From: Azolla caroliniana
Lineage: Eukaryota; Plantae; Polypodiophyta
Assembly: GCA_043228905.1 (NCBI GenBank)
Contig: JBHGNT010000007.1
Location: forward strand, 9,238,001 to 9,302,000
Length of the DNA stretch: 64,000 nucleotides
Reading direction: 5' to 3'
The notes beneath the pieces are model-generated. The model ran no database searches, had not been told where the DNA came from, and saw only the letters and a program-made list of their open reading frames with translations. This document shows, in pieces, positions 59,301 to 64,000 of the stretch (positions are counted from its first letter, which is position 1; the number at the start of each line of letters is the position of its first letter). The position numbers and the translations under genes are program-made.

Positions 59301-62300
59301 CATTGCCGGGGAGCTTGCTTCAATCCGTACAAGCTCTTCTTCAGCCAGCACACCAAGTGCTCCTTCCCTTTCTTCTCAACTTCTTCCGGTTGATGCATGT
59401 AGATCACTTTTTCGAGGTTGCCATGTAGGAATGCCATCTTGACGTCTAGTTGCTCTACCTCGAGGTTCATGCTTTCCACTATGCTCAATACCGTCCGGAT
59501 GGATGTCATCTTTACTACCGGGGCGAAAATCTCATCGAAGTCTACTCCCTTCTTCTATTGGAAACCCTTCACTATAATTCAGGCTTTGTATCTCGGCGGG
59601 TTTCTGGCATCTCCCAATTTCAGCTTGTACACCCACTTGTTCCGGAGTGCTCTCTTCCCTTTCGGCAACTCCAGTGGTTCATATGTGTGGTTCTCATGCA
59701 GGGAATCCATCTCATCTTGCATGGCACTCAACCACTTGCGGTTGTGGGTGTCTCTCTTTAATTCTTCGAAGCTTTCCGGCTCCCCCTCATCGGTTAGCAA
59801 CACATGCTCTACATCCGGAAATCTCCGGGGGGCTCTTATCTCTCGAAGAGGATATCTCAGTCCTTGGTTTCTGACTACCGGTTCCTCCATTTGTTCCTCA
59901 TCCTCATCCGATTCGGGATCTTGTTTGGTTTCGGTGTTTTCTTCTTCTTCTTCTTCTTCGGTCGGTTCGGTTTCTTGTCCGTATCCGGCCGGTTCATCGA
60001 GTGTCCTCCGGTTGCCGGCCAACATCCGGTTCTCAATCGGGTAGGTCCTTGTGTCCTCAAACCAGATTTCATTGGATGATCTGGAGTTCATCATCATCTT
60101 CTCCGACTCCCAGTCAACAATGGTCTTGTCTTCCATGAAGACTATGTCACGACTCCGGAACACCTTCTTGTCGACCAGATCCCACACCCAGTAACCGAAC
60201 TCATCATCGTCGTATCCAAGGAATATGCATGGCCTCGACTTTGGATCCAGCTTTGCTCTCTTGTCCTTTGCAACATGCACATATGCGAGACACCCGAACA
60301 CCTTCAGATGCCGGTAAGATACATCTTTACTGGTCCATACTTTCTGAGGTGAGTCTCCTTCCAAGGGCGTTGAGGGTGATCTGTTTATCACATAGGTTGC
60401 CGTTGTTAGCGCCTCAACCGAAAACATCTTGGGTTACTTGGCATGTGCAAGCATGCTCCAGACTCTCTCCATTATGGTCCGGTTCATCCTTTTGGGCAGC
60501 CCGTTTAGTTCCGGCGTCTTCGGAACGGTAAACTCGAGCCAGATTCCCTTCGACAAGCAGTACTCCTCGAACTGCCCCGGTATTCTCCTTCGTTATCTGC
60601 TCGAACCGCCTTCAACTTCCGGCCGGTTTCTCTTTCCACTCTCACGTGGAGCTCCTTGAAGATGGATAACACTTGATCCTTCGTCTTCAATGGTGAGACC
60701 CACAACTTCCGGTTGTGGTCATCTATGAACATCACGAATAAATGCGATGTGGCATGTGACTTCGTGTCCACTTGACACATATCGGTATGCACCAGCTCCA
60801 ATGGTGCATTCCGTCTCATCAGTGGCCTTGACCGGAAGGAGGTTCGGTTTTGCTTGCCGATTAAGCAATTGGTGCACTTCTTAAGGTGCAGGTCTTTCAC
60901 CTCCGGAATGAGGTTGTCTTCGGCAAGTCTTCTCATCCCCTTCTGGCTCATATGACACAGTCTCCTGTGCCACAACTCACTGGCAGTGTCGGATGCTACG
61001 TTCACTTCTTCCCGGCATATCCGAGCATGCATCAGATATAACGTGTTGATCTTCCAGGCTCGAGCCACGATCAAGCTTCCCTTGCTGAACTTCATGACTC
61101 CGTTCCAGATGCTACCCGTGTAGCCTTCATCATCTAGCCGACCGGCTGATATCAAGTTCAGTCGAAACTTCGGAACGTGTCAGACATCCTTCCACAACAA
61201 CTTGCACCCAGTTGATGTCGTTAACAACACATCTCCTATGCCGAAAATTCGGCATGTACCTTCATTCCCCATCCGGACACAACCATGATCTCTGGCTGTG
61301 TAGGATGAGAAGCATCTCCGGTCTGGTGTAAGATGGAACTACGGAAATGCCGACAGTTCTTTTGGAAGTGCCCCGGTTTCTCACAGTAGAAGCAAGTAGG
61401 CGTCCTCTTTGACTTCGACCTCGTCCTCGATTTATCCCGGTTTTGGGGACTCCCATACCGGCCTCTTCCCCGATTTTGGTCATCTTCCGTGACCAAGGCC
61501 TTCGGATTGGTTCCGGACACCCGGTCCTTCCGGCGAGCTTCTTCGTCTAGCAACATTGATTTGAATCTTGCTAGGGACAACTGTTTTCCTTCCGGCCTGG
61601 CGTTGCCCAATGTGACAACTAGCGTCTCCCAACTATCCGGGAGGGAACCAAGCAGGAGTAATGTGAGTACCTCATCACTGAGAGGCACTTCCAATGAAGT
61701 GGCTTGGTGTATTAGCTCCTGGAAGGCATTCATGTGTGCCGCCATATTGGAGCCGTCTTGGTACCGGAGCCTCACTAACTTCCGGAATACCAAAACCCGA
61801 TTAACGACATTTTTGTTCTAGAACATGATGCCGATCTTCTCCCAGAGTTCATGTTCCTTACTCTCTGCATTGAAGTTGTTGTACATGCTTATGTCGATGA
61901 AGCACCGGAAGTATGACGTCGTCTTCATGTGCATCACCTCCCACAATGTGGCGTCGATCTTATCCGGTCTCTTGTCCCCGATCTGAACCGGCAACCAAAG
62001 AGCTTTAACCACCAACATATCCCTCATCTTCGACTTCCACACTTAGTAGTTGAAGCCGGTGAGCTTGAACATGCTGCCAAACGATTCTTCCATTTCTTTT
62101 GTTGTTCGCTCTGATACCAGATTGTGAAGAAAATAGCGCTCAGCCACAACCAAGTCTTAGATTCACTTCTTCAAGAATCAAACATAGAAATGGGAATAGA
62201 GATGAATACTTGTACACCAAAAGAAAGTACACAGGATGTTTACCTCGAAAACCCTAATAGGAAAAAACCACGGGAGCCCATCGACTCCAAGCTATCGCTA

Positions 62301-62582
62301 TATGAGAAAGGTACAATCAGAGAATCGGAGGCAATGACCTCGAGCTCTGTTTCTTCGCCAAGCGACAGTTACAACAGAGTATCACTTTGTATCTCTCTTT
62401 GTCTCACTCTCTCTCTATACAACAATTATACACATACAACAACATGACAACACTCACTGTCCACGCTCACTATAAAGTGATTGCCCTAAGTCATATTTAT
62501 ACTTATATGAATTTAGGGTTATTTACAAATATAGCCTCAATAGGCTTACTCAACACATTTACAAATGTGTGTTCTCTTCTGG
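56318..62582 (-). mobile_element. Degenerate Ty1/Copia element D (3' LTR 56318-58201 split by a LINE; 5' LTR from 62123, cut at 62582)
   Basis: Both LTRs begin TGTGAAGAAAATAGCGCTC on +. PBS 62108-62119, PPT 58202-58211. gag/INT/RT/RH fragments: CFYCEKPGHFQKNC, LWHRRLCH, YVDDMLI. Confidence 0.92.
56588..57912 (+). mobile_element. 5'-truncated non-LTR retrotransposon, RTE/RTEX-like
   Basis: LLYADDVVLF, GLAVNVTKTK, FKYLG, then LRTRSHKLGIE...VC..DMVEDECHLLFTC..Y..IR. (TTCTAA)n tail. Sits in the CT tract of the D LTR and is absent from the other D LTR. Confidence 0.85.
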
Positions 62583-63171
62583 TGTCGTGAAGATTTTCGG
62601 CAATGGTGTGAAAATCGCATAAAACATACAAAATCGAGTATGAATCATATAAAACAATAATAGTGAAAATACTATTTTAAATAAATTTAATATCTTAGTA
62701 CAAAAAGATGGAGGTCTTCAAAGAGCTTTCAAATGCACTTTACTGCATAAGAAACAAACATCTAAGTCTCAAGTTATGTGGGTAGGCAGTTTGTAAAGGA
62801 AAAGAGAAAGATAAAACTGTGAGATATCCCACATAGCTAGGACAAATAAGGATCTCACCATATATAAGGCAGAGCAAAACCTATTATCTTTGTGTTTATA
62901 TGTGGAGCATTGGATGAGTGGGTGTAGCGAAACCGGCAAGCGACTCGGGATGCGGACCGAACTGGCTCGGGATGCGAACCGGGTTGGACCAAACGAATGC
63001 AAATCGGACGGATCGGTCAGGTCAGTTGATCGCGGTGCATGGTATCTTAAAGATATTTGGTCCAAAAGCCTAATAGTATTTTGTGCATAAAACAAAAACA
63101 TGTAAGCAAGACTCTAACTTTGCACCTCCAAGATAGGAAGCAATAGGCTTACCATTAAGCCAAATCATTTC
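62583..63171 (+). mobile_element. LTR fragment E2, inserted in the 5' LTR of D
   Basis: D LTR homology stops at 62582 and a TG-initial terminus like that at 55803 begins. Confidence 0.5.
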
Positions 63172-63211
63172 TGTAAACGTAAGTGTTTGCAGAAGCGTAA
63201 AACAGAGAACA

Positions 63212-63250
<39 letters not shown>

Positions 63251-64000
63251 AGAACACAATTTCAAAATTATATCAAGACTCTGTACACACACTGTGCTAA
63301 GTAGCACTATTTATACAAGTCCTCTTGGGACTGACAGAAGTACCATGTACTTCAATGCTCACACGAGCATCTGACACTTACTACGAGACTATAACTACCT
63401 AGTAGTCTATCCTATACTAGGCTTCCGATTGGACTTCCGGTTACAGATTGCACCCGGCCTCCACTGCTTGCCGGTTCGGTTGCTCACCGTCATACCGATC
63501 TGTTTCGCCCGATCCGTCTCGCTTACCGGCTCCGGCTTATTCAGCCGATCCGGCTCCGGTTGAGCTTGCCGCTCAACACTCCCCCTCAAGCTCAACCTGA
63601 GGTGGGGTCGTAGTGTCGACCTCTGTGGCAGTCGGTTCTTCCAACCGACTTCTCCTGGCGTCACTCCGCCTTGCTCGCGCTCCTCGTCCGGTCCGGTCTT
63701 GTTTGCCGCGACCCCTTTGGTTCTGCGTGCCTCGACCCTCTCGGTCGGCATGTCTGCTCAATAGGCCCATCTCAGCACTCACGTTGTTGTGACTCCGGCG
63801 CTTGCCGATCCGTCGGTTCTCCCACGATGGCATCGACTTTCGCTGTGTCCGTGTCCCCATGGCCTTCAGTCGATCCGACTTATCCGGATCCATCTGTTGA
63901 TCCGAGTCAGTTGTCTCCGACTCGTTCCAGCTCTTGTCCGAATCAGTACACTCCGATTCGACTTCCGGCTTCAGGTCTCTCACCACATCGGACCACTTTC
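63172..64000 (-). mobile_element. 3' end of a Copia A-family element (3' LTR 63172-63578, PPT 63579-63586, Pol tail running off the window)
   Basis: LTR homologous to 18395-18804 and 32975-33422. The ORF ends PQVELEGEC* as at 32980. Confidence 0.9.

Overview
Eukaryotic land-plant nuclear DNA, probably from a non-seed vascular plant such as a fern (inferred from the PPR style and the Tf1/Tcn1-type chromoviruses). Two host genes are supported: an intronless PLS-E class PPR gene (12002-13975, +) and a three-exon class II HD-Zip gene (46061-48702, -) lying in a TE-poor, AT-rich zone. Most of the rest is transposon, resolved here largely by target-site duplications (TSDs). There is a MULE with TIRs (15-2468), a nested cluster at 3.9-11.5 kb, and a four-level nest: L1 LINE (16390-36421) > Copia A (17442-33422) > Gypsy chromovirus (18842-29414) > intact Copia B (23700-29142). 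A third nest at 55.8-64 kb includes an RTEX-like LINE. The most interesting signals: (i) the Copia A family has a ~190-codon Pol tail between two PPT-like tracts, a stem-loop enclosing the PPT/U3 junction, and conserved palindromes before the TATA box; (ii) the Gypsy family shows a Tf1-type self-priming layout, a hairpin that could mask the primer, and a conserved -1 frameshift signal. All coordinates and alignments were read by eye; no searches were run.
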